64,000 nucleotides of DNA, from contig CBDCVR010000013.1 in assembly GCA_965223155.1 (NCBI GenBank), positions 1,056,001 to 1,120,000 on the forward strand, given 5' to 3'. This DNA comes from Candidatus Multivoradales bacterium (lineage in GTDB: Bacteria; Acidobacteriota; Thermoanaerobaculia; Multivoradales; JAHEKO01). Numbering within the stretch: the stretch's first letter is position 1; the number at the start of each line of letters is the position of its first letter. The translations under genes and the position numbers were made by a program. Below the pieces are notes generated by a model. That model was not told where the DNA came from and did no database searches. It saw only the letters and a program-made list of their open reading frames with translations. This document shows, piece after piece, positions 1 through 8,617 of this stretch.

Positions 1-902
1 GCATTCAGCCGGAAGAGGTGCCGGTGGACCGATATTTCGTCATCTTTCTCCACGACCAGAGGCGGCTCCTGCCCTCCCTGACGCCGGCCTACATGGACCT
101 GGTACGGCGGGCCGAAGCCTGGCTCCACCAGGAGCTTCTGCCCAACGACTGGGTGGCCGTGGTCCGTTACGACGCCAAGCTCATGGTCCACACCGACTTC
201 ACCACCGACAACCAGCGCATCCTGAAGGCGTTGAAGGACGCCGCCAAAGGCAAGAATCCGCCAGACACCTGGCCGTCCCGGGTCGAAGAGGAAGCCGGCT
301 CGGGTCCCTCGCTGCTGGTCAACCTGCCCCAGGGCCGGGAGCTGGGGGAGCGCTCCAAGCGGATCTACAGCGCCATGGAGACCCTCGCCGAGGCCTCCCG
401 GTACGTCATCGGCCGGAAGAACATGCTGCTCTTCAGCATGGGCTTCGGAGAGCTCAACGACTTCGGTACCTGGATTCCGGACGCCCGCTACTACGACGGC
501 ATGATGGAGAGCCTGAACGACGCCAACGTCGCGGTGTACTCGATCTCGGTCTTCGACGGATTGCGTGCCCAGAGCGCGCCGTTCGGCTCGCTGGATGCTC
601 GCGCCGGCGGCACGCCGGCAACGGTGGCGCAGGCGGTGAGCGCGCAGCGCGCCGCCATCGGCACGATGGAAAACGGTCTGAGCCTGCTTTCGAGCGACAC
701 CGGCGGCGAGTACTACTTCAACTTCTTGAACTTCAGCACGCCGCTCGCGCAGATCCTGGAGGACAACAACGGGTACTACCTGCTGAGCTACGAGTCGCAG
801 ACACCGGCCGGCGAATCCGGCTACCGCAAGGTCACCGTCCAGACCAAGAACCCAGACTTCGAGGTGCGGGCGCGCGAAGGCTACCGGTACGGCCCGGGAT
901 AG
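1..902 (+). CDS. VWA-domain protein (Acidobacterial VWFA-related family), probably 5'-truncated by the window edge
   Basis: Reading frame is open back to the window start. VWA-like segments DWVAVVRYD, TDFTTD, GRKNMLLFS, NVAVYSI and the family-typical C-terminus DTGG..YYLLSY..GYRKVTV..VRAREGY. Confidence 0.75.
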   Translation, partial: IQPEEVPVDRYFVIFLHDQRRLLPSLTPAYMDLVRRAEAWLHQELLPNDWVAVVRYDAKLMVHTDFTTDNQRILKALKDAAKGKNPPDTWPSRVEEEAGSGPSLLVNLPQGRELGERSKRIYSAMETLAEASRYVIGRKNMLLFSMGFGELNDFGTWIPDARYYDGMMESLNDANVAVYSISVFDGLRAQSAPFGSLDARAGGTPATVAQAVSAQRAAIGTMENGLSLLSSDTGGEYYFNFLNFSTPLAQILEDNNGYYLLSYESQTPAGESGYRKVTVQTKNPDFEVRAREGYRYGPG

Positions 903-983
903 GCTCCCGTCCCGGGCGTCGAGGCCGTCGGCTGGTGCCGTAGCGCCTCGTCGCCGCCGCAGGCTCTTGCCGAAACGTTCTCC

Positions 984-1730
984 TCAGGGTCTGCCGTAGG
1001 CCACCAGCAGCACGGTCACGTTGTCGGGACCGCCGCCCCGGTTGGCGAGCTGGATGAGGCGGCGGCAGGTGGGCTCGGGATCCGGACCGTCCTCGAGAGC
1101 CTGCGCGATCTGGCTTTCCTCCAGCACGGCAGTCAGCCCATCCGTGCACAGCAAGAACAAGTCGCCGGGCTCGACGGAGTGGCGGCTAACGTCCACGGAT
1201 ACCAGCGCCTCGCCGCCCAGGGCGCGGGTCACCACGTTGCGAAACGGATGCTGGCGCGCGGCCTCGAGGGTCAACTCGCCCATCGTCACTTGCTCGTTGA
1301 CCCAGGTGTGGTCTTGGGTAAGCAACTCGAGCGTCCCGTTTCGGAACCGATAGGCCCGGCTGTCGCCGACGTGCGCGATCACCGCCTGCGAACCGGCCTC
1401 CACCAGCGCCACCGCGGTCGCTCCCATGCCGCTAAGCAGCGGATCGGACTCGACCGCCGCCAGAATCGCTCGGTTGGCCGCGAGCAAGGATTCCCTGACG
1501 AGTCCTTCGAGAATCCCTTCGCCGGCAACCGCCTGCACCTGGCTCCGTGCCGCCTTGAAGTACCGGCAGGCCGCTAGCATCGCCAGCCTGGACGCTACCT
1601 CGCCGTTGCCGTGGCCGCCCATCCCGTCCGCCACCAGGTACAGGCCCAGCTCCGGCCGGACCGCATAGAAATCCTCGTTGGTCGTCCGGACTCTTCCGAC
1701 GTCCGAGCGGGCGCAGGCGGCCGATTGCAA
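984..1730 (-). CDS. PP2C-family (Stp1/PrpC-like) Ser/Thr protein phosphatase
   Basis: Motifs GRVRTTNED, VADGMGG, HVGDSRAY, TRALG, LCTDGL, GGPDNVT. Confidence 0.95.
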   Translation of the reverse strand: MQSAACARSDVGRVRTTNEDFYAVRPELGLYLVADGMGGHGNGEVASRLAMLAACRYFKAARSQVQAVAGEGILEGLVRESLLAANRAILAAVESDPLLSGMGATAVALVEAGSQAVIAHVGDSRAYRFRNGTLELLTQDHTWVNEQVTMGELTLEAARQHPFRNVVTRALGGEALVSVDVSRHSVEPGDLFLLCTDGLTAVLEESQIAQALEDGPDPEPTCRRLIQLANRGGGPDNVTVLLVAYGRP

Positions 1731-1733
1731 GGA

Positions 1734-2354
1734 CTACCCCGTAGACTTGGCCGCAGCCAGGGCGGTCTGAAAAGCAACCCGGACATCGGCGTCTTCGCCG
1801 CCCCAGTCCAAAGCTTCTTTGTAGTACTTGGCGGCCTGGGCGTGCAGCCCGGCGGCGGCAAAGATCTTGCCGGCCGACTTCAGGTACGCGGCGTTCATCG
1901 GATCCAGCTGGCAGGCCTTGGCAATCGCTTCCCGCTCGCGGACCCGGCCGCCGGGCCGTTTGCCGTATGCCTGCGCCAGATGAAACCAGGCGGTGGCGTT
2001 GGCCGCGTCTTCGCGTGTCGCCATCTCCAGATTGTCAATGGCCTGACCGATGTTGGCGGCCTTGAGGGCGCTCACGCCGCGGCTGATGTACACCCGCGCC
2101 GCTTCCGCCGAGTGCGACTGCACGCCCGCGGCACCGGGCATTCCCTGGGCGTCGATCTGGCGGCGGCGCTCGGGGTCGCTCAGGATGTTGAAGGCTTCGG
2201 TGATCTTCTGAAACTCGATCTCCGCGCTCTGCTTCTCTTCACCCTGGAAGCGATCCGGGTGCCTCTCGCGGGCCAACTCCAGGAAGCGCTGCCGAATTTG
2301 CTTGCTGGTGGCGTTCGGATCAACGCCCAGTACCGAATAATAGTCCGAACCCAT
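1734..2354 (-). CDS. DnaJ-domain protein with C-terminal TPR-like repeats
   Basis: DYYSVLGV...HPD...EAFNILSDPERR J-domain, followed by a TPR-like helical region (AWFHLAQAY, KACQLDPMNA). Confidence 0.9.
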   Translation of the reverse strand: MGSDYYSVLGVDPNATSKQIRQRFLELARERHPDRFQGEEKQSAEIEFQKITEAFNILSDPERRRQIDAQGMPGAAGVQSHSAEAARVYISRGVSALKAANIGQAIDNLEMATREDAANATAWFHLAQAYGKRPGGRVREREAIAKACQLDPMNAAYLKSAGKIFAAAGLHAQAAKYYKEALDWGGEDADVRVAFQTALAAAKSTG

Positions 2355-2365
2355 CCAAACGACTC

Positions 2366-3400
2366 CTACCGAGACTTCATTCTATACAGCCTGCGCGCGG
2401 TATCGCGGACCGCGTTGGATACATTGCGATCCTTCGATAAGTGCTGCAGGTCCCGATTCGACAGTCGCGGCACCATGCGTACCGCCATGCCTACTGGCGA
2501 CCGAGGGTTCCGCACCAGGGCGTGCATGATCGAGTACTTCCGGATCCAGCTCCGGGTGGTGCCGATGGTCTCGAGCACCTCGCCGATGACGGCTCGGTTA
2601 TTCGCGACGTGCTCGACTTCGAGCTCGCTCATGGGATTGTTCTTGAGCACCGAGGTCGCGACCATGGGATTGGGATCCCGGATCAGGACGTTGCGAAGAC
2701 CCTTGGACGCCCCGCGCGTGAGCTTGAGCCGCACCGGAATCGGCAGGGACCGAACCTGGCCCTCGCTCAGGCCTGTGGACTCGTCTTCCTCCCCCTCCGT
2801 TTCGATAGCGCCCTGCACCTCTTCGATCGCTTCTTCGAGCTCCTCTTCGGTAATGGCGTCGGCCTCTTGCTCGAGCTCCTCCCGGCTCTTTCGGGGCCGG
2901 TCTTCCGGACGCAGCAGATGCTCCCGGTATTCGTGGATCTTGCGCTTGGCGTAGGCTCCCGCAGTCGGATTGGTCTCGAGCGCGTTCAGAACTCCCGGGT
3001 GATCCACGATGACGTCTTGGCGGTTGAGCAGGATCTCCTGAGCATCTCGGCCGACAAATGAGGCCATCTCGGTTAAGAGCTCAGGGGTCGCGGCCCGGGA
3101 TCGCAGTACCGTCTCGACAACCAGCGGGTGGGACACGAAGCGGCCGAAGTAGGCGACGACCTCGGTCGGGACCCCGTCCGTGATCAAGTTGGCGGCGATC
3201 TTGGGATCCAGGACGGCGAGCGATTGCTGCGCTTCCCCGGCCACGGCCTCGTCCGCGTCACGGGCGAGCCGAACCTGCAGGGCGATGAGCTCCGCCGGCG
3301 GCAGCGGCAGGATGCCCTTGGCCGCAAGCAGCCGGCCTTCCTTGCCGCCCGACAGAATCTCCCGGGCGAAATCGGAGCCGTCGCCAAACGGCTCGCTCAT
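2366..3400 (-). CDS. Conserved hypothetical helical-repeat (LRV/HEAT-like) protein
   Basis: 344-aa ORF with normal codon bias and repeated (L)xxNP motifs. Its ATG overlaps the stop of the upstream gene (ATGA). C-terminus resembles that of 4327-5088. Confidence 0.75.
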   Translation of the reverse strand: MSEPFGDGSDFAREILSGGKEGRLLAAKGILPLPPAELIALQVRLARDADEAVAGEAQQSLAVLDPKIAANLITDGVPTEVVAYFGRFVSHPLVVETVLRSRAATPELLTEMASFVGRDAQEILLNRQDVIVDHPGVLNALETNPTAGAYAKRKIHEYREHLLRPEDRPRKSREELEQEADAITEEELEEAIEEVQGAIETEGEEDESTGLSEGQVRSLPIPVRLKLTRGASKGLRNVLIRDPNPMVATSVLKNNPMSELEVEHVANNRAVIGEVLETIGTTRSWIRKYSIMHALVRNPRSPVGMAVRMVPRLSNRDLQHLSKDRNVSNAVRDTARRLYRMKSR

Positions 3401-4233
3401 CCGGCATCTCCGGCCAGGGACTGGCCGGCCGCCGACCCGGCGTCGGACCCGGCGTCTTCGGCCGTCGCCGCAGGCTCCGCGGCCGCCAGGACCAGATCAC
3501 GCGCGACCTGGCCGGCGGTGTACGGGAACTGATACGGCTCCCCGTTGACCTCGATCTCGACGCCCTCGGGATTGCCCAGTGTCAGACGAACCTCCGACTC
3601 GGCCTCCAGCCGCATCGACTCCCCCTGCACGTGAAGCTCGCTCAAGCGGCGAGCGCCGTCCACGGTCGCCTCTACCCAGCAGTCCTTGGTGAAGTCCAGG
3701 GTCACGAGCAGCGGCACTTCCTGCACTGGCTCCGTCGGGGCCGCGGGCGGCGGCGCCTCGGGCAGGATCGGCGCCGCGATCGGCGGCGGCACCTGATCCG
3801 TCTGGCTCCTGCCGGCCCAGTAGACGAGTAGGGCAATGAGGCTAACGGCAGCCAGCAGCACTGCCAGTAGGATCCAGATGTTCTTGGCCGTGCCCGGTTC
3901 GGCGGGCGCCGCCTGCACGACGGGCAGCTCGTCTTCGGCCGGCTCTTCCGCGGCGTTGAGATAGGAGTTGACCACCTCGTCCGGATCCAGGCCGACGAAC
4001 TTAGAGTACTCGCGCAGGAAGCCCTTGGCGAAGACCGGCGCGGGCAATACGTCAAAGCGATCCTGCTCCAGGGCCTCCAGGTACCGGATGCTGATCTTCG
4101 TGGCGTCGGCGATGTCGTCGAGGTTGACCTCGCGAATCTGCCGCTGCTGGCGCAGCCAGGTGCCGAAGCTCGCCGTCTCGCGACCGCGTTCCTCTTCCCA
4201 CGGGGGCTGACGAGTCTCGTTATCCTTGGGCAT
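3397..4233 (-). CDS. rodZ: RodZ-like protein (HTH_25, one TM helix, DUF4115-like domain)
   Basis: GTWLRQQR..IADATKISIRYLEALEQD..PVFAKGFLREY HTH; a single hydrophobic TM segment; C-terminal CWVEATVDG..LGNPEGVEIEVNG. Confidence 0.85.
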   Translation of the reverse strand: MPKDNETRQPPWEEERGRETASFGTWLRQQRQIREVNLDDIADATKISIRYLEALEQDRFDVLPAPVFAKGFLREYSKFVGLDPDEVVNSYLNAAEEPAEDELPVVQAAPAEPGTAKNIWILLAVLLAAVSLIALLVYWAGRSQTDQVPPPIAAPILPEAPPPAAPTEPVQEVPLLVTLDFTKDCWVEATVDGARRLSELHVQGESMRLEAESEVRLTLGNPEGVEIEVNGEPYQFPYTAGQVARDLVLAAAEPAATAEDAGSDAGSAAGQSLAGDAG

Positions 4234-4326
4234 CCGCTCGGGCCGGCGGAACCGACCCGCCGGCGACCTGGGCCCTAGATCGGGTGGACCGCAGGATCTG
4301 AACTCTATTGGCCGCCGCCGACCCGG

Positions 4327-5088
4327 TCAAATCCGCTTACCGGCCAGACGCGACGGGTGAACGCCAAGCAGCAGCCCGGCTCGCCGGCGGACCGCCGGAG
4401 CCACCCGCACGTTGGCTCCGACCTCTCGCAGATCGCGCTTCTGCAACGAGGACAGGAGATCGAGAGCCAGCTCGGGTGGCGTCGCGGGGTTCCGAGCCAG
4501 GGCCGCCCTGACCGAGTAGCGCCTCCCCCACTTGGGACTCGCCGCCACCCGCTCGAGCGATGCCGGACTGGATCCTTCGTCGTGAATCAGGGGACCCAGA
4601 ACGGTCTCGGTCAGCCGTGGATTCTCGAGCAGGCTGTCGATGACCCGGGGACTTGGATCGATGACGAGCCGTTTCAGGACTCCGACCCCGGCCACTCGAG
4701 CGAGCGCTATGCGCTCGCCCACAGTCAGCCTGGCCAGCTTCTCCGCCAGCCGCCGATCCGCCTGCCGCCGCACCGCCGGCCGGGCGCGCGCGTCAGCGCC
4801 GAGGCGGGCAAGGTCTCGCCAGTAGAGGTGCGCAACCAGATTCATCGCCCGGGGCTGCGGAGTGGCGGGATGGCCGGCAAGCGTCTTCTTCAATCGGTAG
4901 CTGGCGAGCAGGGCGCGCCGCCGCAAGAGCTCCTCGATCACCCGGCGGCCGGCGTGCGGATTGGCGAGAATTGCCTCCGCGACGCCCTCGTCGATCTCGT
5001 CGCCCGTCTCGCGGAGGCGCTCGAGCAGCCGGTCCTCGCCAAGCTCGCGCCAATCCGCCGCCGGCATCGCGTCCTGGGCGCCGGTCAT
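4327..5088 (-). CDS. Conserved hypothetical helical-repeat (LRV-like) protein
   Basis: 253 aa with an internal duplication Y..AL..(H/N)PATP..A..L...L..RDL......AVRR. Paralogous to 2366-3400. Confidence 0.7.
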   Translation of the reverse strand: MTGAQDAMPAADWRELGEDRLLERLRETGDEIDEGVAEAILANPHAGRRVIEELLRRRALLASYRLKKTLAGHPATPQPRAMNLVAHLYWRDLARLGADARARPAVRRQADRRLAEKLARLTVGERIALARVAGVGVLKRLVIDPSPRVIDSLLENPRLTETVLGPLIHDEGSSPASLERVAASPKWGRRYSVRAALARNPATPPELALDLLSSLQKRDLREVGANVRVAPAVRRRAGLLLGVHPSRLAGKRI

Positions 5089-5094
5089 TGCGAT

Positions 5095-5103
5095 ACTCTA
5101 GCA
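5095..5103 (-). promoter_or_regulatory. Extended -10 element (TGcTAGAGT) 6 nt before the ATG at 5088; leaderless-mRNA candidate
   Basis: Minus strand reads TGC TAGAGT ATCGCA ATG, with no Shine-Dalgarno. Confidence 0.5.
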
Positions 5104-5116
5104 GCCCCTCGCCGCC

Positions 5117-7204
5117 ATGAGCCTGCCCAAGAACGTCCGCAAGAGCATCGAGAGCAAGAAGTTCGACACCGTCGAAGAAGAGTGGCTGAGCCGGCTCGAA
5201 GAGGCGGCGCTCGATCTGGATTTTTTCGCCACCACGGCGCGCACGCTCGACGCCACCGGCGCCGATGAGGTGGCCGCCGGCCTGCTCGAGCTCCTGCACG
5301 ACCAGCTTGCCGAGCGGGACGCCTGGGACGAGCAGCTGGAGCTTCTGAGCGCGACCGGGGAGATCTCCCACGAACCCGCGGCGCTCCACGACAAGATCCT
5401 CGAGGTTCTGGGCCAGCTCTATGCGAAGACCGAGTCGCTCGAGCCGCTGCTCGAGACCTTCGGCCTTCACCGTGCCACCGAGGACATCCCCAAGACCTGG
5501 GAGAAAGTCGAGCGGCTGCGCCAGCTCCTCCGGTTCGACCGGGGCGCGATCGTGACCATGGCGGGCAAAGGCGCCGGCCGGGTCGTGGACGTCAACGTCG
5601 CCCTCGGCAAGCTCAAGGTCGACTTCGAACGCATCGCCGGCGTGAGCATCGGCTTCAGCGCCGCTCCCAAAGTCCTGACGGCTCTCGATCTGGATCACTT
5701 CCTGCGCCAGAAGCTCGACTCGCCCGATCGGCTGGCCGAGATCGCCAAGAGCGATCCTCCCGAGCTCTTACGCCTGCTCCTGACCAGCGAGCCCGATCTG
5801 ACGGCGACCGAGGTCCGCGAATCCGTTGCCGGCTTGGTGGCGAAGAAGTCCTGGAGCTCATGGTGGACCAAGGCGCGCAACCATCCCCAGGTCGTATCCA
5901 CGGGCAAGGGAGCGCGCCAGAAGTACCAGTGGGCGGCCACTTCGGAGGCGGCCGACAGCGAAGTCCTGGCCCAGTTCGCCAAAGCCGATCTGAAGCAACA
6001 GCTCGGCATCTTGAAGCGAGAGACCAAGCGCAACCCCGAGGTCGCCCTCGACCTGGCTCGCGCGCTGGTGAAGCAAGCCACCGATCTCCGGGACCAGGCA
6101 CCGGCCTCGGCGCTCACCATCCTGGCCACGGTCGAGCGGGCCGGTCTGACCGAGGCCCTGCCCGATTGGACCACCGACGATCTGCTCGGCGCCGCCTCCG
6201 AGCCGCTGCGGGCGCTACGAGACATTCAGGACCGAACGCTGCGCCGGAAAGCCTTTGATCGCCTGCGCGAGGTGCGCTCGGACTGGCCCGAGCTCTACGT
6301 CACAGCTCTGGGCCAGGAGGCCGACGCTCGAATTCTCAAGACCCTCTTCAGCCGGGCCTGGGAGGAACGCCGCGACGCCGTTTCCGACTTCGTGGACCGG
6401 CTGCTGAGCCAGCCACAAAAGCAACCCGCCGCCTTCGTCTGGCTCATGGAGACCCTGACCCAGACTCCCTATTTTGGGGAACGCAATCCGCTCCGAGCCC
6501 TGAGTCAGCTGCTGCGGGCGGAGGATCTGACCGAGTTCGCGCCCCACCGCGCCACCCTCCGAGGGATCTTCGACGACGGTACGACCACCGCCGAACTGAT
6601 CGGCCGGCTGGACGAGGACCAGGCCGAGCGGGCGGCCGAAGTCATCGACCGCTCCCACCTCGAAGACTACCTACGGGAGCGCTTGAAGACCGCGCTCGAG
6701 CTCAAGTTCCCCAAGCTCTCCTCCGGATCCACCGCCGCTCAAGCCTTATACGCCACACGAGCGGCGATCCAGAAGCGACGAAACGACCTCAAGGCCTTGC
6801 TCGAGGAAGAGATCCCAGCCAACCGCCAAGCGATCGAGGAGGCCCGAGCGCTGGGCGATCTCCGAGAGAACTTCGAGTACAAGTCGGCGCGCCAACGCCA
6901 CGAGTACCTGGCGGCGCGGGCGCAGCAACTCGAGAACGACCTGAAACGGGCCCAGCCCATCGATTTCGACCTGGTTGACGGCGCCGAGGTTCGTATCGGC
7001 TCGGTTCTGGATCTCCGTTCGGCCAGCGGAGCGGAGCGCCAGCTTTCGGTGCTGGGTCCCTGGGAGAGCGACCCCGAAGCCGGCGTCATTTCGTACGAAT
7101 CCGACGCCGGCGAGTCGCTGCTCGGCAAGAAGGCCGGAGCCACGATCGACTTCGAGGGCGCCGACTGGACGATCGCAGCGATCCACGCGGCCGCCGAGGC
7201 CTGA
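5117..7204 (+). CDS. greA: GreA/GreB-family transcription elongation factor with a long (~540 aa) N-terminal extension
   Basis: C-terminal ~155 aa contains IEEARALGDLRENFEYKSAR and LGPWESD...ISYES...LLGKK. Confidence 0.85.
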   Translation: MSLPKNVRKSIESKKFDTVEEEWLSRLEEAALDLDFFATTARTLDATGADEVAAGLLELLHDQLAERDAWDEQLELLSATGEISHEPAALHDKILEVLGQLYAKTESLEPLLETFGLHRATEDIPKTWEKVERLRQLLRFDRGAIVTMAGKGAGRVVDVNVALGKLKVDFERIAGVSIGFSAAPKVLTALDLDHFLRQKLDSPDRLAEIAKSDPPELLRLLLTSEPDLTATEVRESVAGLVAKKSWSSWWTKARNHPQVVSTGKGARQKYQWAATSEAADSEVLAQFAKADLKQQLGILKRETKRNPEVALDLARALVKQATDLRDQAPASALTILATVERAGLTEALPDWTTDDLLGAASEPLRALRDIQDRTLRRKAFDRLREVRSDWPELYVTALGQEADARILKTLFSRAWEERRDAVSDFVDRLLSQPQKQPAAFVWLMETLTQTPYFGERNPLRALSQLLRAEDLTEFAPHRATLRGIFDDGTTTAELIGRLDEDQAERAAEVIDRSHLEDYLRERLKTALELKFPKLSSGSTAAQALYATRAAIQKRRNDLKALLEEEIPANRQAIEEARALGDLRENFEYKSARQRHEYLAARAQQLENDLKRAQPIDFDLVDGAEVRIGSVLDLRSASGAERQLSVLGPWESDPEAGVISYESDAGESLLGKKAGATIDFEGADWTIAAIHAAAEA

Positions 7205-7216
7205 GGCCTTCGGCGG

Positions 7217-7945
7217 CTACCTGGCCGACCCCCCGGAACCAGCGCTCGGACCTGCCCCGGGAGCAGCAGCGTAGGTCACGTCCAGAACACGTCCATCTTC
7301 GAGCAGACGCACCCTGCGAAGCTCCCGGCCGGCAACCGCTCCAGCGCCGCCGGTCTCCGATTCGACTTCTGATTCGACTTCTGGCTCGAGAGCCCACACC
7401 GAATCCGCGGCGCCGGAACCGGCGGCCGGCGCCGCCAGGCCGTCATCGGTGAGGACGAAGTCCTCGGCCGCGACCCGGGCCGCCAGAGCCATCAGATTCA
7501 GGCCCGCGCCGTCGGCGGCAACCAGCGGCGCGCGCGGTTCCGCCACCGGTGTCGAAGCCACCACCATCCGCGTCCGCGTCGGCGGGCCCCGATCGACGGC
7601 CAGGGCGAAGAGGTAAAGGATCGCGGCCAGCGCCAGGATCACCGCCAGAAGCGGTGTCAGCACGGGCTGTGCGAGCCAGCGGCCGGAGGCCAGCTCGAGC
7701 CACCGAGGCCGACGGCGCTCTCGCGAGGCCAGCTCGATTCGCCGCTGGACGCCGCGTACCAGGGTCGCGGGCGGCGCGATGCGGTCGATCCCTTTGAGGG
7801 CCTCGGCCACGCCCTGCAAGCCGTCCAGCCGTCGCCGGCAATCGGCGCAGGTCTCGAGATGGGATTCGACCAAGCGCAGCCGCCGTTCCGGCAGCTCCCG
7901 GTCGAGATATCCGGACAGGATCTTGACGGCCGGGTGCCGACTCAC
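7217..7945 (-). CDS. zf-HC2 (ZAS) membrane anti-sigma factor
   Basis: LSGYLDREL...HLETCADC (HxxxCxxC) and a TM helix. Overlaps the stop codon of the sigma gene. Confidence 0.85.
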   Translation of the reverse strand: MSRHPAVKILSGYLDRELPERRLRLVESHLETCADCRRRLDGLQGVAEALKGIDRIAPPATLVRGVQRRIELASRERRRPRWLELASGRWLAQPVLTPLLAVILALAAILYLFALAVDRGPPTRTRMVVASTPVAEPRAPLVAADGAGLNLMALAARVAAEDFVLTDDGLAAPAAGSGAADSVWALEPEVESEVESETGGAGAVAGRELRRVRLLEDGRVLDVTYAAAPGAGPSAGSGGSAR

Positions 7946-8559
7946 AGCTCCGCCTCCAGGAGTTCCCGCAGACGCTCGCGGCCGCGAGCGATCCGGGACC
8001 GAACCGTGCCCATGCGCACCCCCAGCACCTCCGCGATCTCCTCGTAGCTCATGTCCTGGAAGTCCCGCAGCAATACCGCTTGCCGGTACGGCAGCGGCAA
8101 CCGCACCAGTGCCTCGCGCACCCGCCCCACCAGATCCGAGCCAATCGCACGCCGCTCGGGCAATGGCGATCGGTCCGGCAGGCGCCGCAGCTCGGTCTCG
8201 GAATCGAAGCGCGCCGCGGCCAGCATACGGGCTTTGCCGCGCAGCCGGTTCTTGGCGCTATTGACGGCGACTCGGTAGATCCAGGTCTTGAGCGACGAAC
8301 GGCCGCGAAAGCCGCCCAGGTAGCGATGGACCCGCACGAACGCCTCCTGGGTGATGTCCTCGGCGTCGGCGACATTGCCGCTCATGCGCAGGGCCAGGTT
8401 GAACACCATTTCCTCGTATTCCCGGTAAATCTCGTCGAAGGCAGCTTCGTCCCCCTGGCGGTGGCGCTCCACCAGCGTCCGCTCATCGCTGGGCACGGTC
8501 ATCGATACGGCCATCGCCATCGGCTGCCGGAGGGCGTGCCCGGCACGGGCGTCACCCAT
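7942..8559 (-). CDS. ECF RNA polymerase sigma factor (sigma70 group 4)
   Basis: Region 2 DAEDITQEAF..KTWIYRVAVN and region 4 SYEEIAEVLGVRMGTVRSRIARGR. Exact start uncertain. Confidence 0.92.
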   Translation of the reverse strand: MGDARAGHALRQPMAMAVSMTVPSDERTLVERHRQGDEAAFDEIYREYEEMVFNLALRMSGNVADAEDITQEAFVRVHRYLGGFRGRSSLKTWIYRVAVNSAKNRLRGKARMLAAARFDSETELRRLPDRSPLPERRAIGSDLVGRVREALVRLPLPYRQAVLLRDFQDMSYEEIAEVLGVRMGTVRSRIARGRERLRELLEAEL

Positions 8560-8617
8560 CCCTTTCCTGTGATTGGACTCCGGGAAGCGCGGACTTGTTC
8601 CCGAACCGGATCACCGG

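Noticed and set aside
7360-7383. 12-bp tandem duplication in the anti-sigma gene (EVESEVES)
   Set aside because: Short in-frame slippage in a low-complexity linker.
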